From Azolla caroliniana (lineage: Eukaryota; Plantae; Polypodiophyta), in assembly GCA_043228905.1 (NCBI GenBank), contig JBHGNT010000010.1, positions 7,502,001 through 7,566,000 on the forward strand: a stretch of DNA of 64,000 nucleotides. The letters are read 5' to 3'. The position numbers and the translations under genes are program-made. The number at the start of each line of letters is the position of its first letter. Within the stretch, counting starts at the first letter, position 1. The notes beneath the pieces are model-generated. The model was not told the origin of the DNA and made no database searches. It was given only the letters and a program-made list of their open reading frames with translations. Of this stretch, positions 25,801 to 38,415 are shown one piece after another.

Positions 25801-28069
25801 GTTGAATTTTGTTGTGTGCACATAATACTTCCTTGAACATTCCAAATCGCTTCTTCTGTGCTTTTCAAGGCCTAGGTAAAAGGAAACGAGCATATATAAA
25901 ACCTTACATACAGGGAAATTAATATCAGACATTTCTAGATATATAATCACAATGATTATTTCTATATACACAAATATCCAGATGTATACAATTAGACGCA
26001 CACACACGATGATACTTACACCCATTAGACATGAACATGTGTATGTATACACACACATGTGAATGTATGTCTATGCATGCATAAATACAAATATGTAGTC
26101 TTCATGGAACTATTTTAATAAATGTAACTCTACACATGCATAGTCTTCATTGCACTAATTTCACAACACTTCCACATATGGAACTTACTTGAGTTTCAAC
26201 CAAATGTTTATCTAGAATCTGCAAGCTACTCTGTGATAAAGTTTCTAACTTTGACATCTCTTCAACTTGCCTTGTCCCATTTATTTCTTTGAATATATTC
26301 AAGGAGGAAATTCGTTGTTCTGCATCTCCCAATTCCTGTCATATATGCGTGTGAAATCAAAACGGAACTGAAACTCTTATAAAATCAAAATTTTGTTGTC
26401 AAAAAGTTGTTTTCTTTCGAACTTACATTTTCTGAGTTTCCTGTCTCCTGAAGAGAAATTTTCATTTGTACTTACATTTTTCAACTGTTCTACTTCAATA
26501 AGAGCAAGGTTGAGGCTGTTCTCTCTTGAATGTAGCAGAGCTTTCATGTGAGAATACTCTACACTCAATGTAGCTAGTTTACTTTGAATGTCGTATAAAC
26601 TATTTGTATGTGCATCAAGACTGTATGTGTCCTGGAATCAAGAGATAAATTTACTTAGAACCTTAAAAATGTCAAACACGTGTGAAAGTTAACTTATATG
26701 CATCAGAAATGAAGATCCCATGAAGACATTTTGTAGAAACCAAATGTAAGACCATGATACATATATTTGTTTTGCAATCATGATGAATTGCAAAGGATTA
26801 AATTGAAAATTGGATCGTAATTGATAATTGGTACAATTTAAAAACACTCAAAACAAACTATCGATGACTTAAAAGGTTGGATCTTTTGATATCTTATATG
26901 GCTGGCTTCAGAGGTCTAGATTTCACACATCATCAAAACGGACAGAGATTTATATAGTGAAATTCAGATATGGCGAAAAACAAACAAATATATATATATA
27001 TATAAACATAATAGTGTATGCATTGATATAGTGCATCTTAAAGCCCAAGTTTCTAATTTATTCATCTCAACCCAATTTACTAGGAAACATGATAAACTAG
27101 AGATTCTGACCTATTGAAACACATCATTCTGGGTATAGGATAGTAAACAGGCAGGATTAGTGCCAATTCTCTATTTATCATGGGGAAATCTAACCTAAGA
27201 TTCTAATGAACATTTACAAGTTCCTGATGCAAGGGTGTATGCTGAAGTTCAAACAATCCATATAGAACAAAATTATAAGGTAGAAATAAAAGAACATGAA
27301 ATGCCAAACCTCATCCACTGTACTAAATATATGTTCAAGTCTTCTTATTCCTTTGTCAACATTCTCAAGGAAGCCGGCATATGATGCAGTAGGAGTCACG
27401 TTCCCTGAGTCAGATTCTGGGAAACAACTAGAAATAATATGAACAATTAAGTGAATAAGAATTCTAGTTGTATCAGAACATAATTAAACTTTACTTGAAA
27501 GCCAGAGAAACCAGGATTTGTTTAATTTCTTAATTTAACGCCTTATGACACATCTTATCGAGAATAGTTACAAAAGCTTTAGATGGTACATGATCCAGGA
27601 TAGAGATAGAAATTAGAAAATATATCAATTAATATCTTTTTCTTTGCAGTTTAATGTTCAGAATGTCTAAATCTCTGATGAATTTATGCACTTCCTTTTA
27701 TGGAAGTCCCTCCCAATGCATACATGCAACGCAAATACTTAACGAGAAATGTATGGGGAGGGGAGGGGAACAACAAGAATCTTGCGTTAGAGAAGCGTAC
27801 ATTTCATCATGGGGCTCGGTGTCGGCAAAGAGAACGGAGAGTGAAGCAGAAGCAGGAGCGTCTTTCAAAGTCCGAGCTGCTGTGAAAGATGTGGTTAAAT
27901 GGGTAATTCTGGGACTTCTTCTTCTTCTTCTTCTGTCGTGTGAATCCGAAAGGCAGCAGTGGGACAGAGGGAATGGAGTAAAAGAAGTGGAAGGGAAGGG
28001 AGAAGAAGAAGAAGAAGAAGAAGAAGTAAGCTTGGGATGGGCCATGGCCATGGCTATGGCTATTGCCAT
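19835..28069 (-). CDS. Long coiled-coil protein with predicted plastid transit peptide (~570-600 aa), 12 exons
   Basis: Phase-consistent exons: 28069-27801, 27427-27310, 26631-26476, 26335-26189, 25871-25728, 25614-25468, 21977-21792, 20993-20898, 20820-20665, 20538-20416, 20225-20070, 19939-19835 (TGA). S/T/R-rich N-terminus; E/K/L/Q heptad-rich body. Family not recognised. Confidence 0.8.
22480..25115. mobile_element. Degenerate chromovirus-like LTR element remnant inside an intron of the coiled-coil gene
   Basis: Chromodomain-type C-terminus (FHQQYPL...), PPT aagaggggggataa (24190-24203), then LTR start tgtcaca at 24204. Same PPT/TG junction as element 37485-41070. Outer boundaries approximate. 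Confidence 0.55.
23340..24070. repeat. GC-rich minisatellite, ~50-60 bp unit, about 13 copies
   Basis: Recurring gaggaccgcacatggtcgctcatgcccgttggtgttcgtgttccagtt units. Confidence 0.85.
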
Positions 28070-28963
28070 GGTCAAGTTGATGTGTGTGTGAGAGAGTTAG
28101 TTTGTCTTTCTGTGTGGATTGGCTTCTCTTTTTAACACATTTTTTGCTGCAGTGATTGAATGATTAAATAGATAGATACATGATGGATGGGATAGGGGGG
28201 ATTCACATGGATGGATGGATGGTGTGTTGGTGGGGGATCTCGGGCTTGAGCTTGGGTTTCTCGTGGCTCGGACCCCGACTCCACTCCGACCCTCTCCCTC
28301 GATTGTCACATATGCATTAATTTGTATGTATGAAAAGAAAGGCCGGCCGAAGTTTCGAAACCAAGCATTGCGTTGTTCACGGAAGCAATTGCTTATGAAC
28401 GAGGCACGGGCAAGCGCATATAAATACACGTGTATTTGCTTAAAATTCATTAAAGAGCACGCGCCATGTTTTGTTATATTTCCGACAGGCATTTCACGAA
28501 TTCTGTGGACAAAGGAGCGCGGCTTCCCCATTCCATGCTTGATGGCTGAAAGTTTTCTATAGAGGATCTTCGAGAGGTGTTGTGCATATGTATACATATA
28601 CTGTATAAATAGTTATACATAGTTGCAGCTTCGGTATTCTAGACAAAAGTCTCTTTCTTTCTTTGTTTATTGTAATTAGCATACCCTAGTGGTAAGTTGG
28701 TAGACTAATATGTAGCCCAACACCTTGGGCTAGAGACCCAATTTTCTCACCTCTCATTATTCCATACGTATCCTCTTAATTTACTAGATGTGAATGTGGA
28801 ATTTATGAGCTATAGCCTATATCCATTGGTCTCTCTCTCTCTCTCTCCTCTTCTCTCTCTCTCTCTCTATTAAAAAACCTTAATATACATTTGAGGAAAT
28901 GATCCCCACATGATCTAACATCCAAAAATTCCACATGAGAATACCTTTAAGCTTCTTTATATA

Positions 28964-28997
<34 letters not shown>

Positions 28998-30531
28998 ACC
29001 CTCAATTGCAACATACATTGGTAAAGTTCTTGAATATCAAGAGTTGCCACTCATTGTTGCATACGTGAAATGTAATATTTTTGGTCTCATAAGTCGTATT
29101 TGACCTCTGAAGACGATAATGGAATCTATGTATCTCTCTCTCTCTTTGTACAAAACCTCTTTCATCAAGTTCACGAGCAATGAGTTGGTTTCACATGGGG
29201 ATAGAACCGATGGTAGTAACGGAACCCAAAATGAATGAATGAATGAATGAAGCAAGAATTAGGAATCGGCTTAACCGGTTTGGGACTTTTTTAACTTGAA
29301 GAGAGAACCAGCCCCTAACCCTGCTTGGCCGAAGCCAGTTCGGTTCAGCTTGAGCCTTGCCAAACCGGTTTATGGTCTCGGCCAACAAACAATATGAATG
29401 TAGCCGGTGAAACCTCACAACGCATATGTCCGTTTGCCGTCCGTCCGTGTGAAACCGGCCGGCCAGCCTGAAAGCGACAGCCGTTATTTTATTTTTGCTG
29501 GTTTTGAAAAATAAGATGAAGAAAAAAAGGGAGGTTTTGGCGGGAGATCAAACGCTCTCTCCCTCTTTCTCTCTCTGTGCGCTTTCCCGCCAAAAATTCG
29601 AAGGGACGAGGAGACGATATTGATAGACATACATACATGTCTCTCTCTCTCTATCTCTCTCTCTCTCTCTCTCACTGCGCGCCTGTGTGTTTCTCTAGTC
29701 AGGGGTTTTTGACAGATCGCCTTCGGCTCCCAAGGTAAGCTCCTACCCCTCCAATCGGCTATGGCTTGATCGTCAAACTTGAATTTTAAGCAGATACCTG
29801 CAGGCTTCTCTGTGTGTGTGTGTGTGTGTTGAAACTCTGCTTCTTCTGTCCTTAGACGTTTTGAGGATTTCTCAAGTTAAAGCTCTGGCTTAATTTTCTT
29901 TGCATCTTCCGTCATTTTCGTAATTAACGAATTAAGACATTCGTACTGAGATCGATGCATTCTTTTCTGAGTGGTATAATACTTCTTTGATCTATGATAG
30001 TAAGCTTTAATGATGCTCCTGTTAATTATGCAGCAACGGCTGGAGATCTTTCTGGAGGAATACTCTAACCTTAACACAGATTATATGTCGTTTGCCGAAG
30101 TGTAGTAATACTTCGACATCTCTAGGAGTGAAAAAGATAATCCAAAAACGCAGAAATCCTTGTGCTTTCACATTGCATTTTGCATCGCCAGCATTGCAAA
30201 ACCTCTTTGACTTTAACTGAGTTTTAATTCTTACGGCATGTACAAAGCCTTCAGCTTTCGCTGTGTTTTACATCTCTAGAACTGCAGAATTCATTCAACT
30301 GAAACAGCATTCTACTTCGCCAAAACTGCCGAAATCCTTCAACTGCGTATAAATGGTGCATGCGTCCTTCATGTTTACTACTCTGGAAGTGCGGAAATAG
30401 TTCAACTTGGATGATATATGCATATTCTTCAGAGTTCTTTACAGAAAGCAGAATCACATCAATTTCCTTAAACAATAAAAAACTCTTCATCTCCTTCAAA
30501 AGTCTAGACTGAAACATCACGAACATCTACT

Positions 30532-32222
30532 ATGGAAGTTGATATGTATTATGCAAATGCAAATTGTTTGGTGGACGTTCTTCCTGATGCGCTAGTGCAA
30601 CATATTCTCTCGAGTCTAAAAAACGCGAAAGACATAGCTTCTTGTTCTTGCGTTTGCAGGAGGTGGAGAGAAATCATGACTCAGATTCCGAGTCTTCATT
30701 TTCCCAGAACAATCGGTGATGAAAAAGGCTACAGTTTTACGGACAGGATTGTAACACGGATGATTCTCTCTACAAGCTCCCTAAAAGAACTCATTGTCTA
30801 TTGTTCTTTCTCATCGGTAAGTCTTGCCGCATGGATATCGCATACAAAAACGTCTTTAACACACTTAGAGATTCGTGTGGACGATTTATCAGATAAACAA
30901 CCATTAAATAGCAGCATGTGCAAGATAGACCAATTGGCAAGTATAACAGATCTTCAAGCATTGCGCCTGTGGGGTGTTCAGCTTAGTGAAAGGCCTCATT
31001 GGACATCATTTTCAAGCCTATTTACCCTGGAAATCGTGGGAGCTCGATTGCACGATCAGGCTTTAAGAGGAATTCTCAATGCTTGTCCGTCTCTTATTAA
31101 CCTTACCTTGCTTGGATGTAGTGGGATACGGTATGCTGCTGTGGATCAAATGCTTGATTTGAAGCGTTGTAGACTTGATTTCTATGGTTCTGGTGATTGT
31201 TGTATCATCATTTCTGCTCCAAAGTTGGAATTTCTTGAAGTTCAAGGTGCCTCATGTATTCATGTCTCTGGCGATCACTGCTTGCGGCATCTCTCCATCG
31301 CTAATATTCAAGGTTTGTAGAAAGGGAAAGAGATGGCTTCTAGTATCTTTTACTTATATACATAGAGAGAGGTAGCATCTTTGTAATGGTGGAAAATTAG
31401 GCAGTGCTGCTTGATCCCTCGGAGCAGAGTTTAGAAATATTCCTTTCTTTCCTGTGGGTGTAGTTTTACATAATCATTATTTAAAAGCTCTCTTCCTGCA
31501 ATAATAATAATAACTGTTCAGAGTCAGAGAAACTATCAAAATCTAAAATCATGTCTTTGGGATCAGATGATCAAGATGCTTCTAGTCATGATATTTGTGC
31601 ATAAAAATCTCTCTACTTGTACAGGAAAAGTAAAAAAACTAGAGGTTGGAAGGCTCTCTGAGTTAAAGTCATTGTCTCTTCGAGGAGTACAATGGTGTTG
31701 GGAAGCTATAATTACAGCATTGCGCAATGCAAGCGAGCTCGAGGACCTATGTATGCGAGTGGAATTCTGTGGAGAAGGAGACAAGCTGGAGCCATTTCCA
31801 GAAGTAGACTTAGTAGATTTCTTCTCATGGTTTCCTAAACTTAAAGCCTTTGAGCTACAAGGAGCTATGTTTGCAGCATTATCACATAGAAATAGCCTCT
31901 CAAAAGTATGCCCTCTATAAACCATTTTTTGCTTTGTTTATTGCTTAAATCTTTTTGGGTACTAATTTCTGTTCATTTTCTGTCTCAGCTCACACCCGCA
32001 TTTTCCATCGAATGCCTAGAGAGAGCTTCTTTCACCATAAGGTCTCCATTGAATGCTGATCAGAAAATCACTACTCTGGAGGCTTTTCTCAAGTGCTGCC
32101 ATAACTTGAAGGTTTTGGTTATCAAAGTGTCTCAAATGAAGAACTGTGAATCTGTTGCAGACGAATTTTTCATGAAGATCTTGGGTTTGAAATTTCAGTA
32201 CAGCTTCATACAGATCGAGTAA
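30532..32222 (+). CDS. F-box/LRR-type protein, At1g10780-like, 3 coding exons
   Basis: F-box LPDALVQHILSSL...CVCRRW. Exons 30532-31312, 31625-31905 and 31989-32222 with GT-AG and consistent phase. Conserved SLRGVQWCW, EPFPEVD, GAMFAAL, RSPLNADQK. Probable 5'UTR intron donor at 29734. Confidence 0.92.
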
Positions 32223-33149
32223 TGAACGATATTTCTCTGCGTTCGTTTTAGGATTGCCTATCTGCTTCAGCTACGAAGCAAGATTAAATATCGGCAAAAT
32301 GTGAACTGCTGGTTCTGCTCTGGCTAGCTAATTCACGGCAAACAGTTTATGAGTAGATATCGAAGAAGGCAGACAGAAATGTGTGGATCATGGGCCCCTT
32401 CTTTCACTTGCAGTTTGTGTGGAACTTTCTTTGAGCATACATATGTTCTGTTATCATCTCTAATTTGTTTTCGGAGTGAGAGGTGTGCTCTAATAAACAT
32501 TGGGTGCGTGCGTGTGTGAATTGAATAGATTTATTAGTTTGGGATTACGCTTTGATGGAAACACCATTGATTAGATTATATCATCAGGATATTGAAGATA
32601 CAATAATGTTTCAGTATACATTAGCATGCCGATGAGCTCTCTGTTATGACTGATATACAATGGTAATGGCCTGAGTAGACTTCTTTGGCTTGGCATAGTT
32701 GTGGTGTCCATCATTCATCTACACAGGCTGTTTCTCTTTCAGATTGCATGCGTTGATTCACACGCATCCCCACCCTTCGTATTGACATGTTGAATCATCT
32801 TCATATTCCACACTAGAGTAACATTTTGAATCACCTTCGTCTTATATAAACATATGTAGTGCTGAAGATGGATTCAGCACATATTCTTTATGTAGTCAAT
32901 ATGATGGTGTGCCGTCTAAATTACTTAATACATTTGAATTAAATTTGAAATGTTGTATGGTCTGACCTGCCTCGAAACCACCTGTCATTCTTTCGCGACA
33001 TTATGTAGCTTAGCTGTGAAGTTTAGGAGATGTTTTATTTACCCGTTTTTGTTCCTTCGGCTTCCATCTTTGTCCAACTTGTGTTCATATTACGAGAAGG
33101 TATTGTGTACCATATACTCTCTTTATATTGTAAAATAAATGTACTAAAG

Positions 33150-34568
33150 TTTTTCCGTCACAATTAGACATTAGGCTTAGTGTTCAATGTCCTGTTTGAA
33201 TGTCTTTTTCAAAGTATTTAGAGTTCTTGTGGATCAAACATGTGACTTTCAGATCTCTTGTCTCATCCTGTCCTTGCTAAGCAATGCTTGCAACATAGTA
33301 TGAAACAAGTATCCAACATGGAAGTTCAATATAATTGGTGTAGATTCACGGAGTAATGTTAACTTATCTATTCTTGGTGTCAATGTGTGATCTATGATGA
33401 TTATAGTTATTTGTTGTATATTTAGGGTAACTCATATACAAACTAAAACCATTTCTAATAGCATTATTCCCTAGTTATTGTTTAGTTTGGATGCATGCTT
33501 AGTTAGTTGAAGACAATTTTTATTTTGACCATGTTAGGTATGTATGACCATGTTAGGTATGTATGACCATATTCTCACCATGATGTACTTCAATTTAGAG
33601 GTTTGTATGACCATATTCTCACTATGATGTACTTCAATTTAGGGATATCCTTGAAATGTTTTAATTAGAGAACAAGTCGATATTAAGACAATTGTAAATG
33701 TTCTAATTAGAGAACAAGTCGATAATAAGACAATGTTTAAAGGTTCGTTTGATTTGTAAAGTTAATGTTCAATCTTTTGTTCAAATATGTCATCATAAGT
33801 GTTTAGTGCCTCTTGCAGTGGATGTGGATTGAACACGTGACCTTCAACTCTTTAGTTTGATGTTGTGCCAACAAAGCTATCCTTTTCATGTACTAATAAT
33901 TTCTATACAACATTTCAATACTAAAAAATGTATAAATTTGTATTAATGTTTCTTGAACAACTAGATATGAAGACTATTTTAACATGTATGCTTAGATTGT
34001 GCACTTGATTTGTTGAACTAATATTCAATATTCTATTTATATAATGTCTATTCAAAGTATTTAGTGTTGCTTTTCGTGAACATGGATCAAACACATGAGC
34101 TTTCGATCTTCTCTCTCAACATGGCACAACCATATATTTGACTGAGATGTACTTAGTTTAGAGTTGTGCTTGTGAGACAATGTTTGCATGTTTGTTTGAT
34201 TCGGACAATTAGTGTTGAATATCGTATTCAATTATGACACATAAAAGAGTTTAGAGTCTCGTGCGATGAACGTATATCGAACACGTAACCTTCAGATCTT
34301 CAGTTTGAGGCTCTCCCAATTAAGTTATCCCCGTGACTTCTTATTAATAAGAAGTTATTTCTATGTGTTTGGTTGATTACTCAAAAATCTAAAACAATAA
34401 AGTTTAACAATTAGGTAGATATTATGATTATGTCTAAATATATGTTGAGTTTTTGTGGTTGATTTGTTGACTGTGTTCAATCATATGTTTAAATAGGTCT
34501 TTTTCAAAGTAATTAATGTCTCTTGCCATGAATGTCGAACACATGGCCTTTAGATCTTCAATATGATA
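33150..34568 (-). repeat. Decayed tandem array of tRNA-Phe-containing units (left half, ~5 copies)
   Basis: tRNA-Phe-like segments at ~33228, 33814, 34073, 34262 and 34524, each preceded on the plus strand by shared '...tagtgttcaat...tcaaagtatttagtgtctct'. Confidence 0.8.
34262..34334 (-). tRNA. tRNA-Phe(GAA) pseudogene (best-preserved copy)
   Basis: Minus strand ACGGGGATAACTTAATTGGGAGAGCCTCAAACTGAAGATCTGAAGGTTACGTGTTCGATATACGTTCATCGCA. About 12 of 73 positions differ from the plant cytosolic tRNA-Phe as recalled; GAA anticodon and GTTCGA B-box intact; stems disrupted. Confidence 0.8.
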
Positions 34569-34569
34569 T

Positions 34570-35257
34570 TTTTACACAAACCCGCATGTGTGTGCTACTC
34601 GAACGGAACCACGGGTGCTTTGGACTAGGGAGGACGAAGGACGAGGAGAGCAAGAACATTAGGGGACTCGAAGCTTCAGAGGAGTTGAAGGCTCCCACGA
34701 GTCGAAGTCTCGGGGAAGTCGAAGTCTCCTCACAAATTGGATGCTCGGAGGAGTCAATGGATCCCATGAGTCGAAGGGGGCAATGAGTCAAATGTTGCAA
34801 GGAGTTGACCTGAGCAACGAATCGGAGGCACCTTGGAGTCAATGAGCTCCTCTTCTTTCTCCTCTCTTTGTGACATAGGGGAACAAAGATTAATGCCCAA
34901 GATAAGGATCAAAACGTAGGATTAGCACAAAACACGAGATTACAAAGGGAGTACACAATATTAAGACCAAAAGGGCTCTTTTTTTGGGTCAAATACACTA
35001 TATTCAGAAAGAACCCTTTATAAAATAGGGTATAAGCAAAAGATTGGAACATTGGTAACTAAGAATTAACCACTAATACAAAACGAGAAAAATGAAAGTA
35101 AGGGAGGGTTGGAGCTTCCGATGATGGTGAGTCGAATGGGCTGCCGACCGCGACTACCCGCAATATGGCAAATACTAAATATCGAGGTCGAGGTATGACC
35201 CAAATTACACAGAAGCGGCAACTTCACAATGTTATGCCTTGACTCGAAGTAATAACA
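34570..35257. mobile_element. LTR-element-like fragment interrupting the tRNA-Phe array
   Basis: Abrupt GC rise truncating the tRNA copy at 34524; TATA-like motif; ends in ...gtaataaca. Family unclear. Confidence 0.35.
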
Positions 35258-36289
35258 CATTCACGTTCACAAGTGGAAGGATAAGGAATATTCCGCTTAA
35301 TTTTGGGGCTTTTTTGGCCATTTCACAAAACACCTTGATATCAATATCACATGTTCTCAAAAACTTGATGAAAAAGTTGAAATTTTCAACATTTAGTAAA
35401 GTTGAAAAATGTCAAATTTTGGTCAAATACGTAACTTTGTGTATTTTTACGAAAAAATGACAACTAATAAGTTTCTAGATCTTAAAGAAATTAGAAGCAA
35501 AATATTTCAAAACAATCAACTTTTTTATATCATTCGAATAAATACATATCGTTGCACAAAAAATACATTTAGGAGTTATTTGCATCATTGTGATCACTCC
35601 TTTCATGAGAATCACTACTATAGCTAATATACAATTGTGACTCTTCCTCATTTTCAATTTTACCAATCAATGCATTATCTTCACCAAATGGTGTCTCCAA
35701 ATTGTGTGCACTAAATCTTGTTTACCTTCAATCTAAGAAATCCTTTAGACTTGGTAATGTCTCTTTTATTATGTCTATCATTTTCTTCCTTAAACGTCCA
35801 ACCTTTGCCAATTTAAAATCATACACAATGATATCCACCTCACTAATGTTAATGATAGATGTATTACAAAGCTTTAATGCATCACCATGTCCAAAACTTT
35901 ACCAATCCAAAATTGGTGCCCTAGATCATGGCTATCTACATGTGTAGCTATTAATATCCGCACCTTGAGTTCTTGCAAGTTTCCTTGTCACCTGAGTTAT
36001 GCTTGTGTTGTCATCCTTTGTTCCACATAAATATTTCTTTGTTGTGGATAGACCAAACTATGAAGATCAACATTAAGTGCTTGAAGTGGTGATTGAGAAC
36101 CACAAGAATATTTTATAGACCATGTAAACGGCATTTGCAAGGTCCAATTACCATCGACACAATTATTAATGGTTTTTTGTTGATCAACGAAGAACATGTT
36201 CACCATAAGGTATCTTGTTGTGCAACATACTTCTTTACATTATCGATATGCTTCTTTTTCTCTTGTAAAAACAGAGATTTTAGTACAAT

Positions 36290-37200
36290 TCGAGTTCATG
36301 TTTAAAAAAACTATTTTATTTGAAAAAAAAGAACATTTTTAAACATGAACTCGATACATTGTATCAAGTTGATGTAAAAATTAGAGTTTTCATCACAATT
36401 TGATAGAATGTATTGAATTCATGTTCAAAGTTGTTTTTTCCGAATAAAAAAGAAAGAAAGAAAACTTTGAACTTGAGTTGATGTAAAAAAACAAAGTTTT
36501 CATCACAATTCAATACAATGTATCGAGTTCATGGTTAAAGTTATTTTATTTGTTTTTTTGGGAAAAAAACTTTAAACATGAATTCAATACATTGTATCAA
36601 ATTGTGATGAAAACTCTAATTTTTTCATCAACTCAAGCTCAAAGTTTTTTTAAAAAAAATAACCAAAATAAATAGAAAAAAAAAACTTTAAACATGAATT
36701 CGGTCATTGTTGTTAAATACTTAGCATAAAATATGTATTCCAAGGATTCTAACTTATAAAAAAAAAAACTTAGAACACGTATTTTATAGATAAAATACAT
36801 AAAATACTTAGAATATGTGTAGAATGCTTCTAAAATACATTAAATACTTCTTTAAATGTAAAGTTTTCTTTTTTAATTTTTATTTTCAAATGATAAATAC
36901 TTGTTAAATATGTAGAATACGTCAAGATTTAAAAAATGGCAGTTCTAAAATGTAGAATATGTGTAGAATACTTTAGAGTATTCTAAAACGTACTCTAAAC
37001 GTAGATTACGCGTTTTTTTAACAACTATGAATTCAATACATTGTATTGAGTTGATGTTAAAAATTCAGTTTTTTACATAAACTCCATACATTGTATCGAG
37101 TTGATGTTGAAAACTCAGTTTTTTACAACAAGTCGATACAATGTATCGAGTTGTAAAAAACTGAGTTTTCAACATCAACTCGATACATTGTATCGAATGG
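36290..37200. repeat. AT-rich palindromic repeat cluster (tcgatacattgtatcga core)
   Basis: Multiple direct and inverted copies of catcaactcgatacattgtatcgagttgatg with aaaactcagtttt spacers. Confidence 0.75.
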
Positions 37201-37659
37201 TATTGCGAAGTCTCTGTTTTAAATGGAAACTTGATAAAAAGTATCTAGTTCGAATACTTTGTATAGAGTTGATTATTAAAATTACTATTAAAATTATTGA
37301 ATTGCTGAATAAATTGTATGTTTTTACAAATAATCTCTATTTTTGTAATGAATTTCTATTTTTTCCAAGATTTTCCATTAGAAAATTGCTTGATGGGAGT
37401 GTTTTTACTGCACCATTTAGTGTTTGTTTTGCATATTGTTTAACAAAAATTCATTAGTTTTTGGGATATTTGGTAGCTAGGTGATGTCGTGACTAGAGAA
37501 TAGGAGAGAGAAAGATAAGATGACAATAGAAGATAGAGACACAGAGAGAGAGAGAGAAAGAACACTAGAAATGGAAAGAGAGTTAATATTATAAGAGAGC
37601 AAGGATTACAAAGAGTAGGCTAAGGGGCTACAAACTGGTGTTGAACCGAATGAATTGTG

Positions 37660-38415
37660 TGACAGGAACTGGACAATCCTTATGCGCAAGACTCGGCCAC
37701 AACCGAGATTCTTTTCATACACAGAAAAACAGGTAATGAAACGCGACACAAAGAAGAGAAATGGTACACAGGAGGTTTACGTGGAAAACCCCAAACTAGG
37801 GGAAAAAACCACGGCAGCCCACAGGCTGCAAACTGTCACTATGTATGAATGTACAAAACAGTGAGTTCACGGAGGCAACGACCTCGGACTCACGATCTTC
37901 GCCACAGGCGGCGGTTACAACAGAGGCAACGACCTCTTTCTCTCTCTCTGTACACTATTACGTGCTCTCTCTTCTTCTTGCACCAACAAGAAAAATGACA
38001 ACAACCAACAGTTTCTAAAAGTTTGCCCTAAGTCATATTTATACTAATATGACTTTTCGGCTATTTACAAAAGTAGCCTCGATGGGCTCTCAGAAACATA
38101 TTTACGAATATGTCTCTTCATCCGGTTCATACCGGGCCTGCACCATCCGGCTCTCCGTAGCCGAGTACTCCTCATCCGGTTCATACCGGGCCTGCACCAT
38201 CCGGCTCTCCGTAGCCGAGTACTCCTCATCCGGTTCATGCCGGGTCTGCACCATCCGGCTCTCCGTAACCGGGTACTCCTCATCCGGTTCATACCGGGCC
38301 TGCACCATCCGGCTCTCCGTAGCCGGGTACTCCTCATACGGTTTCAGCCTCGGCCGAGTTTGTTCGTCGGCACTGTTCTTCTCCCTTCCCATCCGGAGGG
38401 ACCTGTTTCCCAACA
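37660..38415 (-). mobile_element. Copia solo LTR inserted in the 3' LTR of the chromovirus
   Basis: TG...CA, TSD TTGTG (37655-37659 / 38416-38420). Shares tgttgggaa..gtccctccggatggga, tataaatatgacttagggcaa and gttttccacgtaaac with the Copia LTR at 62800-63331. Confidence 0.88.
38117..38332. repeat. 54-bp tandem repeat x4 in the U3 of the solo LTR
   Basis: ctcatccggttcataccgggcctgcaccatccggctctccgtagccgagtactc repeated. Confidence 0.92.

Noticed and set aside
27654-28091. Plus-strand 145-aa ORF with poly-L/poly-E
   Set aside because: Antisense shadow of exon 1 of the coiled-coil gene.
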